From contig CAWFGE010000013.1 of NCBI GenBank assembly GCA_963815195.1, forward strand, positions 512,001 through 576,000: a stretch of DNA of 64,000 nucleotides, given 5' to 3'. Shown here piece after piece: positions 10,616 to 20,626 of this stretch. The position numbers and the translations under genes are program-made. Origin of the DNA: an uncultured Planctomycetaceae bacterium. Lineage in GTDB: Bacteria; Planctomycetota; Planctomycetia; Planctomycetales; Planctomycetaceae. Within the stretch, counting starts at the first letter, position 1, and each line of letters starts with the position of its first letter. The notes below the pieces were generated by a model, which worked only from the letters and a program-made list of their open reading frames with translations, was not told the origin of the DNA and searched no databases.

Positions 10616-10647
10616 GATGGGTGGAGAAGAATATTCCAAACGGCGCG

Positions 10648-10700
10648 AAAAAAATCCGCGAGGGAAACGCAAAATCATCGTTTCCCCGCGGAGATTTTTT
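10648..10700. terminator. Hairpin between convergent genes, probably bidirectional terminator
   Basis: A-tract, CCGCG..GAAACG / CGTTTC..CGCGG stem, T-tract. Confidence 0.6.
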
Positions 10701-10720
10701 CGAATCAAACTCCACACAGG

Positions 10721-11173
10721 TTATTTCTCAGCCGGTTGGAGAACCTCGACCTTCGCATTGCCGAGAAAATACTTCACGTCTTCCAGTTCCACTTTGACTT
10801 CCGGATCGAAATCCCAGTCATAATCCTTGTCGACATCGACCACAGAAAACTTCTTGACTGTCCCCGTCGCTTGCACGGTGGCGCCCTCGACGGCGTTCAT
10901 TGGCAGCGCGTCTTTCGTCACCACGACGAGATCCTTGTCAAAGTCGAACCCCGGATCATCCATGCGGAAGGTGTGCGTGTCGAAAACTTTGGTCACTTCG
11001 CCTTTTAATGTGATCTCTTCTCCCATGGGCACGTTGCCCTTTTGGACGTCCTCGGGCTCGACGTTTCCGGGGGGACTCTTGTCGGCGTTGGTCTTGTTGA
11101 CGTTGTCATTGTCGCTGCAACCGCTGAGCACCAAAGCAAAGCCGGCCGTTAGACAGAATATGAAGGACTTCAT
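10721..11173 (-). CDS. Lipoprotein with OB-fold-like domain
   Basis: Lipobox 'LSGC'; 'ITLKGEVTKV' and 'VQATGTV' strands. Confidence 0.65.
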   Translation of the reverse strand: MKSFIFCLTAGFALVLSGCSDNDNVNKTNADKSPPGNVEPEDVQKGNVPMGEEITLKGEVTKVFDTHTFRMDDPGFDFDKDLVVVTKDALPMNAVEGATVQATGTVKKFSVVDVDKDYDWDFDPEVKVELEDVKYFLGNAKVEVLQPAEK

Positions 11174-11243
11174 CTCTTTCTCCTGAGTTTTGGAAGGGTG
11201 TCGTCAATGGGCTTTCCAGGAATTCCTTTTGGCTCGATGACGA

Positions 11244-11260
11244 CGCAAACCCCATGCCAA
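11244..11260 (-). promoter_or_regulatory. Sigma-54 (-24/-12) promoter
   Basis: Minus strand TTGGCATGGGGTTTGCG: GG-N10-GC, ~70 bp upstream of the lipoprotein start. Confidence 0.6.
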
Positions 11261-11342
11261 CGGGAGAAGTGTGCGTCCCCGGTCCCGAATCCGCCGCAAT
11301 CGGCCGCATCGCGGGCGGCAACCGGCCCATCCATGAACAGTT

Positions 11343-11819
11343 TTAGCGCAGCCTGGTCGCTGAACGACCGACTTCGGATTGGGTGCGGAGGTTAATGGCG
11401 CGCTTGAGAAGCTCGTCCACCGGGGCGGGCGGCTGGGGCTGCATTTGGTAGAAGAACTGGTTGCGGTTCGTCACGCCCGGCGGCCAGAGATTATCCGAGA
11501 AGAAATCGACCGGGAAAAACTGGTACCAGGGCTTGGGCACTTTTTGGAGGACGGTCAGCGTCTCGAAGCCCGGCTTGACGAGTTGGACTTCCCGCGTGCC
11601 GTAGTAGAGGAAATCCATCGAGTAAGGCGTGTAGCCTCGTTCTTTGCCGTCGATGAGCACCAAAGCCCCCGGCGGGTCGGATTGAATCGTCGCTCGGCGG
11701 TGCACGCAACCCGTTTGCCCCGCACAGCAAATCGCCGCCAACACCAGCCCCCAAATCGCCACGCGCGATCGCCCGGGGCGGGGCGGAGACGGATGTCGGG
11801 AAGCTGGCATCAACCGCAT
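11343..11819 (-). CDS. PEGA-domain lipoprotein
   Basis: 'TGCVHRRATIQSDPPGALVLIDG..GYTP', 'VKPGFET'. Confidence 0.8.
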   Translation of the reverse strand: MRLMPASRHPSPPRPGRSRVAIWGLVLAAICCAGQTGCVHRRATIQSDPPGALVLIDGKERGYTPYSMDFLYYGTREVQLVKPGFETLTVLQKVPKPWYQFFPVDFFSDNLWPPGVTNRNQFFYQMQPQPPAPVDELLKRAINLRTQSEVGRSATRLR

Positions 11820-12088
11820 GGCGAGGGCGACTCAGACAGTTTGCACGAGGACATTTTGAGGGGATTCGCGAAGCCGCGGATACTAACACGAACCCCCAAA
11901 CCGTCCAAGACCAGTTGCACCGCGTTTTCGATGCTGGGGTGAGTGAATTTCCGCGCTGTGCCTTGGTGAATCAATGATTTTTTATGTATTATAAGTATTT
12001 GTAGTAACCGAATCGGTCGAAGCTTCAATTTGAGGTTGGACGGTCTCGCGAAGTTTCCGATGCTGAGGACGCTAAGAGAGGTTTGTGA

Positions 12089-13491
12089 ATGCTGACGGTT
12101 TTCACAAAACAGGCCCATCCGGATTGCCAGGGCATCTCCCGCCGGGATTTTTTGCAGGCGGGCACGCTGGGATTGGGCGGATTGACGCTGCCTTGGCTGC
12201 TCCAACACCGGGCGGCGCACGCGGCGGACGAGCCGAGCTACGTTCGCGACAAAGCCGTGGTGCTCTTGTTTCTCTCCGGCGGGGCGAGCCACATCGAAAC
12301 CTTCAACCCCAACATGACCGCGCCGGCCCCCTATCACAGCGTCACCGGCGAAGTCCAAACGAACGTCCCGGGGCTGAGCTTCGGCGGCACGTTCCCGATG
12401 CTGGCCGAGCATGCCGAGAAATTCGCCGTCGTCCGGTCCTTTCAACATCCCATCGGCGGGCATGTGCAGGCGATCGTGCACGTCCTCACCGGCGGCACCG
12501 ATTCCACCGGCCAGGGCATGCAGGGCTTCAGCCTGGGATCGATGTATGCCCGCATGCGGGGTTCCAATCATCCCCGCACCGGGATGCCGACGTTCGCGCT
12601 CCTCAACTCCGATGAGGTGGACGGCCAATACCGGAACGAAAAAGGCCGGGTGGAAAAAGGGTCCCGGCCCGGCGCCTCGGCCCGTCTTATGCCCCGTTCA
12701 TCCCCGGAGGCAAAGGCCCCGCCACCGACAACATGACGCTCAACATGGCGCGGAACCGCCTGGACGACCGCCGGGAGCTATTGAGATCGCTCGACGGCCT
12801 CAAACGACAGGCCGAAGCCGAGGCCGCCTTAGACGGAGCCGACCGCTACAAAGAGCAAGCCTTTGACTTGATTCTGGGCAGCGCCGCCGATGCCTTCGAT
12901 TTGAACAAAGAAGACCCGCGGATCGTGGAGCGCTACGACACGAGCAAATTCCGCGTGGGCAAAAAAGTCTTCCGCGATTCGCAGCTCGGCCGGCATATGC
13001 TCACGGCTCGGCGGCTGATCGAAGCCGGCTGCGGGTTCGTCACCGTGCACAGCGCCGGCTGGGACATGCACGCCGACGGCAACAACCCCGGCATCTATGC
13101 GGGGATGGAAATGCTCGGCCGGCCCGTGGACCGCGCGGTCTCGGCGTTTTTGGGCGATCTCGAAGAGCGGGGTCTGCTCGACAAGGTGCTGTTGGTCATC
13201 ACCGGCGACTTCGGGCGCACGCCCAAAGTCAACAGCCGGGGCGGACGCGATCACTGGGCGAACCTGTGCACCCTGGCGTTCGCCGGCGGCGGACTCAACA
13301 CGGGCGGAGCTGTCGGCCAATCCGCCCGCAAGAACGATGTCCCGCTCACCGAGCCCATCGGCACCGACCAAATGCTGGGCACGGTGATGCACACGCTGTT
13401 CGACATCGGCACGCTCCGCGTGACCCGCGGCGTCCCGCGCGAAATCCTCTCCAAGCTCGAAACCAGCCCGCCAATCGAAGGCCTGCGCTAG
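12089..13491 (+). CDS. DUF1501 family protein (Tat-like signal), frameshift near 12675
   Basis: 'SRRDFLQAG', 'LFLSGGASHIETF', 'GWDMH', 'GDFGRTP', 'GRDHW'. Confidence 0.85.
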
Positions 13492-13513
13492 ACCGTCTTC
13501 AGGTGAATGCCTC

Positions 13514-13570
13514 CATAGCCCGAATCGCAAGCGAGGGAAGCAAATTACGGTACGAACCCCTCGCTTGCGC
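13514..13570. repeat. REP-like hairpin CGCAAGCGAGGG...CCCTCGCTTGCG (second copy 40831-40889)
   Basis: Inverted repeat; both copies begin CATAGCCCGAA.CGCAAGCGAGGGAA. Confidence 0.75.
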
Positions 13571-13599
13571 TTTTTGAAGTTGCGCTTTTCCGGAGTCGC

Positions 13600-14247
13600 G
13601 AAGCGACGGAAGCGGATAGCCGTGGACGTAAGCCGTAGCCGGCTGCTGGCCATAAACCTGGATGGGGAAACTGTCGATGTCGATGGTGGCAGAGCGGACG
13701 CGGCGGTCGCTGCTGCCCGTGCTTTTGACATGCCGGTGGGTCCAGTCGAACAAGGCGCTCCGCACGGCCTTGAGATTCGTTTTGCAGCCGGCCGGCCAGC
13801 CAATCGATGAGCCGGGAATGGGTGGGTTGGCGGGCCAGCCGTTGGTTGAGGACGTCTTCGCCAGGTCCCAGGCGGCCATCTTCATGGCGGGATCATGGGC
13901 GAGCCGGTCGAGATCATCCTGATCGGACTCTCCCAGGGCCATGGCGTCGATTCTTTCCCGCAGCAGTTCGACGCTTTGATAGCGGACGCGGTCTTGCCGG
14001 CGAGGATCGATCAGTCGATCGGCAAGGGATTCGGTGAGCGCGAGCTTGTCCGTCCAAAACGGCAAGTGGCCCTTGAAAATCACTCGATCAAAACAGCTCA
14101 AGATGGCTACAATAAAGTTGGCAAACTTGGAAACGAAACTCAAAGCAAATTCCATGGCGTCCTCCAGCGGTTGGCGGTCTGATAACTCCAACAGGATTGA
14201 AGGACGTCAATTTATTCAAACCACCTCTTCGGTTGCGGCCAAGCCGC
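13600..14247 (-). pseudogene. IS1380-family transposase remnant fused to an unrelated N-terminal fragment
   Basis: 'DPRR..RVRY...LLRERI.A.ALG..DQDDLD.L.HDP', shifted-frame 'LARQPTHSRL', 'TIDIDS..VYGQQ'; truncated with several frameshifts. Confidence 0.8.
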
Positions 14248-14395
14248 GTTAAGAATCAAACGAGACATTCCCGTTGAATTGCTGCAGGAGATTTCTCGCT
14301 ATTTGGCAAGCCATTCTGATGGGATTGCCAATTAACCGGAGGCACCAGATGCGAATTCCGTTTTGGTTATGGCTAGGCCATGTTAAGGAATCTCG

Positions 14396-15361
14396 ATGTA
14401 CGATCTGATTGGCGACATCCACGGGCATGCCGACGAGTTGGTGTTTCTGCTCGAGCAAATGGGCTACGACCGGCGGAGCGGCGTGTATGCCCATCCCGAG
14501 CGGCGGGCGGTGTTTGTGGGGGATTTGATCGACCGGGGGCCGAAGATTCCCGAAGTGCTGCGGATTGTCCGGGGCATGGTCGAAGCCGGGCATGCGCTGT
14601 GTGTGATGGGTAATCACGAGTTCAATGCGCTGGCTTATCATACCCGCCATCCCGATGATCCCAGCCGATTTCTGCGAAAGCACGACGCCCGCGGCGGGAA
14701 AAACGTCCGGCAGCATTTTGAAACGCTCCGCCAAGTCCCACCCCAAGAACTCTACGACCATCTGGAATGGTTTCGCAAGCTCCCTTTGTGGTTGGACTTA
14801 GGGGAATTGCGTGTCGTGCACGCCTGCTGGGATCAAACCGCGATGCGGCGGATTGAAACCGTCTGGAATCGGGAGGAAGGATTGACGACCGAACTCCTCG
14901 CCCGGGCCACCAATTCGGAAACCGACCTGTTCGATGCGGTGGAGGATGTGCTCAAGGGGAAGGAAATGCCCCTGCCCGAGGGCATCGTATTCCACGACAA
15001 GGACGGGCACCTCCGGCGGAAATTTCGCGTGAAATGGTATGAATCCCCGGAACATAAGACGTTCCACACGTATGCGTTCCAGCCGGACGAGGATTTTCCC
15101 AACGACCCGTTGCCCGAGGAAATCCATCAGAAAATCACGCCCTATCCAGCGGACGAGCCGCCGGTGTTCTTCGGACATTATTGGCTGCACGCCGAGTCGC
15201 CGGCCCCGCTGGCCCGAAATATCGCTTGCCTCGATTACAGCGTGGCCAAGTCCGGGATGCTTTGCGCCTACCGCTGGAACGGCGAGCCAGAGCTGTCCGC
15301 CGAGCAATTCCTTAGCGTGCCGGCTTTCCCTAAGCGAATGCGAGAAGAGGATTTAGACTAG
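14396..15361 (+). CDS. Calcineurin-like metallophosphoesterase (ApaH/PrpE-like)
   Basis: 'GDIHG', 'GDLIDRGP', 'GNHE', 'FFGHYW'. Confidence 0.9.
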   Translation: MYDLIGDIHGHADELVFLLEQMGYDRRSGVYAHPERRAVFVGDLIDRGPKIPEVLRIVRGMVEAGHALCVMGNHEFNALAYHTRHPDDPSRFLRKHDARGGKNVRQHFETLRQVPPQELYDHLEWFRKLPLWLDLGELRVVHACWDQTAMRRIETVWNREEGLTTELLARATNSETDLFDAVEDVLKGKEMPLPEGIVFHDKDGHLRRKFRVKWYESPEHKTFHTYAFQPDEDFPNDPLPEEIHQKITPYPADEPPVFFGHYWLHAESPAPLARNIACLDYSVAKSGMLCAYRWNGEPELSAEQFLSVPAFPKRMREEDLD

Positions 15362-15533
15362 ATGTTCGTTTCGTAAGTTCGCCTGCGTTTCGGGCTAATA
15401 AATCGGCCGGATTCTGCGCCGCACTGGGTTTTTTCCCGAATTTTGAAAATAATCTCCGTGTGGGGAGCATCATCATATAAAGAATGGTTTTGGCGTTGGC
15501 GAGTCCTCTCCCATCGTCGGGTTGGAGCAGCGT

Positions 15534-16061
15534 TTGACCACCACGAATGAGGTGCGAATCGATCCCGCCGTTATCGCGGCCTTGTACCTGGAACATGGCG
15601 ATGAACTGCGGGCATTTTTGGCCGGCGTGTTGAAAGACCACGATTTGGCCAACGAAGCCCTGCAAGCGACGTTCATCAAGGCTATGGAACACGGACACAA
15701 TGCGCGCGAGGAAACCCGCAAAGGGTGGCTGTTTCGGGTCGCATTTCACGAAGCCCTGGCCATCAAACGCCGCAACAAGATGTACGACAAAAACTTGCGG
15801 AAAATGGCCTGGAGCCGCCCGAACCCCGAAAACCATTCCCCCGACGACCGATTGTGCCGTTGGGAGACAATCGTCAATGTCCGAAACGCCTTGGACGAGT
15901 TGCCTGCCAACCAGCGGGAAGTGGTCCGGCTGCGAATTTATGAAGAAAAAACCTTCGCCGAGATCGCGGAGGAATTGAAGGTCCCGCTAGGAACCGTGCT
16001 CACCCGAATGCGGCTGGCCATGCGAAAACTCGAAACCCTTTTTGACACCAAGAAACACTGA
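15534..16061 (+). CDS. ECF RNA polymerase sigma factor
   Basis: Region 2 'LANEALQATF..WLFRVA'; region 4 'LP..QREV..TFAEIAEEL.VPLGTV.TR'; GGAG before TTG. Confidence 0.92.
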   Translation: MTTTNEVRIDPAVIAALYLEHGDELRAFLAGVLKDHDLANEALQATFIKAMEHGHNAREETRKGWLFRVAFHEALAIKRRNKMYDKNLRKMAWSRPNPENHSPDDRLCRWETIVNVRNALDELPANQREVVRLRIYEEKTFAEIAEELKVPLGTVLTRMRLAMRKLETLFDTKKH

Positions 16062-16068
16062 GCAAACG

Positions 16069-16737
16069 ATGAACCCTCAAGACTCCCTCGCCCAAAACTT
16101 TTCAGAGGATTTGCCTTGGCTGGCATTTCTCTATGTGAGCGAGGATCTCACACCCGATGAAGCGGCCGATTTTGAAGAGCGGCTGCTCACCGACCAGGCG
16201 GCCCGCGAAGCGGTCGCCGAGGCGATGACGATGGCCGAGGGCCTGTGGATGGCAAGCGCGATGGATTCGCTGACGCCCAAACCGGAATCCGCCGACGCGA
16301 TTGCCCTGGAAACACGCCAAACCGCACGCCGCAAATCCCAAAGGCTGTCTTGGCTGGCATCCTCCGCGGCGCTGGCGGGGTTGGCATTTTTTGTGGGTTG
16401 GTGGGCGGCCCATCAGCATGTTTCGCCGCAAAAACCGGCTCCTTCGATCACGCACAATCCGCCCCAATCCCCGGCACCGGTTCCGCCGATTCCCGTTCCG
16501 CGAATCGTTCCCGAACTGGAGGGAGCCGGGCAGCTTGTGGAAATCTGGTCGGATTCGCAAACCCTCGTGGCGGAGCTGTTGACCGATTCTCCCGTTGCGG
16601 AATCGGCCGAGGAATTCCTCCCCCGCGAATCCGCCGAGCCCGAAGAAGACACCTTCGCCTGGATGCTGGCGGCCGTTTCCACGGACCGGCCGGAGGATGC
16701 CAACCCCCAACAGCCTTCCGCCGTGATGGAGAACTGA
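16069..16737 (+). CDS. Putative membrane-anchored anti-sigma factor
   Basis: Directly after the ECF gene; 'YVSEDL...A..FE.RL..D..AREAV' anti-sigma-like domain plus one TM helix. Confidence 0.7.
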   Translation: MNPQDSLAQNFSEDLPWLAFLYVSEDLTPDEAADFEERLLTDQAAREAVAEAMTMAEGLWMASAMDSLTPKPESADAIALETRQTARRKSQRLSWLASSAALAGLAFFVGWWAAHQHVSPQKPAPSITHNPPQSPAPVPPIPVPRIVPELEGAGQLVEIWSDSQTLVAELLTDSPVAESAEEFLPRESAEPEEDTFAWMLAAVSTDRPEDANPQQPSAVMEN

Positions 16738-16741
16738 TTCG

Positions 16742-17475
16742 ATGAGAAACCGTCTCCCGCGTCGGCCGGCTTTTTCCCGTTGGGGCGTTCCCGCGGTTCT
16801 GGTGCTGATCGCAAGTTGGGCATTTGCCCAATCCAATGAGGGCCAGGACGTTTCACCGAAGAACTCCAAACCGGGAACGACCGCGGCGAAACGCGCTGCG
16901 AGCACCGCCGGAGCGGACAAAGTGATTATGACTCCGGAGCGCCAGGCCGCGGCTCTCAAGTTCGCGGAGCTGCATCATCCCGAGCTTTACGAACTCTTGC
17001 AAAACCTCAAACAGGGCCGGCGGCCGGAATATCAACAAGCCGTCCGCCAACTGTACAACGACAGCGAACGCCTGGCCCGCATCAAGGAGCGCATGCCGAC
17101 GCGGTATCCGCTCGCCTTGACCGAGTGGCAGCTCGATTCCCGATTGCGTTTGCTCGTCGCCCGGATGACCATGTCCGTCGACGATCCCGATCTGGCGGCT
17201 GAACTCCAGGAGCTCTTAAAGAAACGCCTCGACGCCCGCTTGGAGCTTTTGAAGCTCGACCGGGAACGGCTCGCGGGCCGGCTGGCGAAGATGGACGACC
17301 AGATTCAGGCGATCGAAGAGGACCGAGACTCGGCCATCGAAAAAGATTTGCAGCGAATCAAGCGCAGTTTGGGACTCAATCAACGCAGCCCCAACCGGCG
17401 CAAGTTTCCGCCAAGAAAACCAACCCGCCCGATCAGACCAAACCCAAACCAGCCGCCCCGCAGAAGGGCGACTAA
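16742..17475 (+). CDS. Secreted coiled-coil hypothetical protein (probable frameshift near 17400)
   Basis: Signal peptide 'AFA/Q'; helical; shifted frame ends QVSAKKTNPPDQTKPKPAAPQKGD* at TAA 17473-17475 (ORF track instead reads to 17509). Confidence 0.6.
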
Positions 17476-17606
17476 GGACGTGTTTGAAAATGTGAGCGGT
17501 AGGCGCTAGCCTCCGGTTTCGATGAAAGGTTACTCACAAAGTCAAGACCGGCGGCTAGCGCCTTGCCGCTCACGTTCCCAGGCGAATAAATGTTTCAAAC
17601 ACGTCC
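17476..17606. mobile_element. 131-bp MITE with 14-bp TIRs, TAA duplication and internal REP hairpin
   Basis: TAA-GGACGTGTTTGAAA ... TTTCAAACACGTCC-TAA; inner palindrome 17492-17573. Confidence 0.8.
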
Positions 17607-17725
17607 TAAACCCCGATGCCCAGCCGGAGGAACGGCGGACGCCTTTCCTCCCCCGCCGACTTGAACCTTACACACCGTTTGACCCACCTTCCGTTTGCAA
17701 CAAACACTCAGGGAGAAGTTCTTCG

Positions 17726-20461
17726 ATGAAACGTCTTGTTCTGACCACACTCGCCTTGGTTTCGCTTACAGTGGGAGCGTCCGCCGCCGACGGCGTGATT
17801 GCCCCCATCAGCGAACGCTTCGCACCGCCGAAGGACCAGATCAAAGAGGTGCCGGAATTCCGGCAGCACATCGTGCCCATGCTCGGCAGGCTGGGCTGCA
17901 ACGGGCGGGCCTGCCACGGCTCGTTCCAGGGGCAAGGCGGGTTTCGGCTGTCCTTGTTCGGTTACGACTTCAAAATGGACCACGACGGTCTCACCGGCGG
18001 CAAATATCCCCGCGTGGACCTCAAAAAGCCGGACGACAGCCTCGCGATTCAAAAGCCGACGATGGTCGATCCCCACGAAGGCGGCCTCCGCTATAAGCCC
18101 GGCTCGTGGGAACACAAGGTCTTCCTCCGCTGGGTCGAAGGCGGAGCCAAAGGCGTCGATGAAAACACGCCGGGCTTCGTCCGCCTGGACGTGACGCCCA
18201 GCGAAATCCAGTTCCAGCGCGCCGGAGACAAGACGCAGCTCAAAGTCATTGCCGTCTGGTCCGACGGTGCGCGGGAAGATGTGACGGCCCTCTGCCGGTT
18301 CCAAAGCAATAGCACCAGCGTCGCCGAGATTTCCAAAGAAGGCCTGGTGACCGCCGTCGATCCCGGCGACACGCACGTCGTGATTTCCTACGACACCGGC
18401 GTCGTGCCGATCCCCGTGATTCGGCCCGTCTCGAAGCTCGCGGGAGCGAAATACCCGAAAGTTCCCACGCCGACCAAAGTCGACGAACTCGTGGTGCAAA
18501 AGCTGCAGAAGCTGGGCATCGTGCCCTCGGAGCTTTCCGATGACGCCGAGTTCCTCCGCCGGGTCTCTTTGGACATGACCGGCACGCTGCCTTCGCCTTG
18601 GGAAGTTGAAAAGTTTCTCGCCGACGGCTCGCCCGACAAGCGGGCCCGCAAGATCGACGAGCTTCTGGAAAGCCCCGCCTACGCCGCGTGGTGGACCACG
18701 AGACTCTGCGACATCACCGGGAACAACGACGACAACTTGAACAATGTCACCCCAGTCCGCTCCGCGGCCAGTCAGGAATGGTACGACTGGATCCACAAAC
18801 GGGTTTCGGAAAACACGCCTTACGATGAACTCGTCGCGGGGATCGTGCTTTCCCAGAGCCGAAACAAAGGCGAAGACTTCAAGACCTATTCCAAAAACAT
18901 GAGCGAAATGTATCGCAAAGGGTCGAAAGCCAACTTCGCGGAAGATCGCGAAACCATGCCCCACTACTGGGCCCGGCGGAACTTCCGCCAGCCGGAAGAG
19001 CGCGTGATCGGCTTCGCCTACACGTTCATGGGCATTCGCATCCAGTGCGCCCAATGCCATAAGCATCCCTTCGATCAATGGACCCAGGACGACTTCAAAG
19101 AGTTCACCGGGTTCTTCACCAACGTGCGGTCCGGCACCAATCCCGAATCACGCGACGAATACGACGAGATGCTCGCCGCCCTCGATCTGGGCGAAAAGAA
19201 GGGCAACCAACTCCGAAGGGAGTTTCCGCGGCTGATCAGCGAAGGCAAAACCGTGCCCTTCCAGGAAGTGTTTTCCACCAAGGCCCGCGCCCGGGGGAAT
19301 AACAACCGCAACAAAAACGCCCGCAACCGTAACGCGACCTCCGTCACCGCGAAGCTGCTGGGCGGGGAAACGGTCGATCTCACGAAGTACGAAGACGCCC
19401 GCGAACCGTTGATGGCCTGGCTGCGGGCAAAAGACAATCCCTACTTCGCGAAGGCGTTCGTCAACCGCGTCTGGGCCGGTTACTTCAAGGTGGGCATCGT
19501 CAATCCGCCGGACGACTTGAGCCTCGCCAATCCGCCCTCCAACAAAGCCCTGCTCGATTATCTCGCCCAAGGCTTCATCGACCACGGCTTCGACATGAAG
19601 TGGGTGCACCGCGAAATCGCCAACAGCCGCACCTACCAGTTGACCTGGAAACCGAACGAAACCAATCGGCTGGACGAAATCAACTTCAGCCATCAAGTGC
19701 CCCGCCGGTTGCCCGCGGAATCGGCGTACGATGCGCTCGTCCTCGCGACCGCATCCGATGCGACCGTCCGCAAACTGCACGAAGAACTCGACGACCGGGC
19801 GATTGCGATTCCCGGAGCCGGCCGCCGCGGACGGGGCGGTTCGAGCTATGCCTTGACGATCTTCGGCCGCTCGATTCGCGAATCCAACTGCGACTGCGAC
19901 CGCTCCGAAGAAGCCAGCCTCTTGCAAACCGTCTTCCTGCAAAACGACCGCGAAGTCTTAAGCATGATCGACGACCGCAGCGGCTGGTTGGCTCAGGTCT
20001 CGAAGGAATTGAACACCCGCTTTGTGCCGCAGACTCAGCCGCAACCGGGCGGAAACGATCGCGGCCGCGTGAGCCGCCAGCAGATCGAAGCCATCCAAAA
20101 ACGGTTGGCCAAAGATGAAAAAGAACTGAAGGCCCTGAAGAAAGCCGGCAAAGACCAACAGGCCGAAGAACTCGAGCGCCGCGTGAGCCAGATCAAAAAA
20201 CGGCTCGCCGTGGTCCGCAAAGGTTCCGAACCCCAAAAGTCGCCGGCGGGACAAGCCCAGGAGAAAGGCGAAAAAGTCGCGGAGCTCAATGCCGACCAGA
20301 TCATCAAAGAAGCCTACCTCCGCACGCTGAGCCGGTATCCGACGGACGAAGAACTCAAGCGGTCCCGGCAATACATCGACGGCAACGATGACACGATCAA
20401 CGGCATCCGCGGGCTCTTGTGGGCCTTGGTCAACACCAAGGAGTTCATCGTGAACCACTAA
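17726..20461 (+). CDS. DUF1549/DUF1553 protein with Ig-like domain
   Basis: Signal peptide; 'GCNGRACHG'; 'FLRRVSLD.TGTLP'; 'IQCAQCHKHP'; 'FAKAFVNRVW'; 'LWALVNTKEF.VNH'. Confidence 0.88.
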   Translation: MKRLVLTTLALVSLTVGASAADGVIAPISERFAPPKDQIKEVPEFRQHIVPMLGRLGCNGRACHGSFQGQGGFRLSLFGYDFKMDHDGLTGGKYPRVDLKKPDDSLAIQKPTMVDPHEGGLRYKPGSWEHKVFLRWVEGGAKGVDENTPGFVRLDVTPSEIQFQRAGDKTQLKVIAVWSDGAREDVTALCRFQSNSTSVAEISKEGLVTAVDPGDTHVVISYDTGVVPIPVIRPVSKLAGAKYPKVPTPTKVDELVVQKLQKLGIVPSELSDDAEFLRRVSLDMTGTLPSPWEVEKFLADGSPDKRARKIDELLESPAYAAWWTTRLCDITGNNDDNLNNVTPVRSAASQEWYDWIHKRVSENTPYDELVAGIVLSQSRNKGEDFKTYSKNMSEMYRKGSKANFAEDRETMPHYWARRNFRQPEERVIGFAYTFMGIRIQCAQCHKHPFDQWTQDDFKEFTGFFTNVRSGTNPESRDEYDEMLAALDLGEKKGNQLRREFPRLISEGKTVPFQEVFSTKARARGNNNRNKNARNRNATSVTAKLLGGETVDLTKYEDAREPLMAWLRAKDNPYFAKAFVNRVWAGYFKVGIVNPPDDLSLANPPSNKALLDYLAQGFIDHGFDMKWVHREIANSRTYQLTWKPNETNRLDEINFSHQVPRRLPAESAYDALVLATASDATVRKLHEELDDRAIAIPGAGRRGRGGSSYALTIFGRSIRESNCDCDRSEEASLLQTVFLQNDREVLSMIDDRSGWLAQVSKELNTRFVPQTQPQPGGNDRGRVSRQQIEAIQKRLAKDEKELKALKKAGKDQQAEELERRVSQIKKRLAVVRKGSEPQKSPAGQAQEKGEKVAELNADQIIKEAYLRTLSRYPTDEELKRSRQYIDGNDDTINGIRGLLWALVNTKEFIVNH

Positions 20462-20470
20462 GGCGTTCGG

Positions 20471-20543
20471 CCCCTCACCCTAACCCTCTCCCCCAAGGGG
20501 AGAGGGGATAAGACGGAACTCACCCTCTCCCCCAAGGGGAGGA
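20471..20543. repeat. BoxC-like repeat (CCCTCACCCTAACCCTCTCCC...GGGAGAGGG) plus partial second copy
   Basis: Pyrimidine tail and hairpin directly after a stop codon. Confidence 0.75.
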
Positions 20544-20626
20544 CGGACAAAACTGAGTATTTTTGAAACCAACGGCTTTCTTCAGCCAATTTTTGAAAAC
20601 ACCTTCTTTTTCAAAGGAATTGCTTC

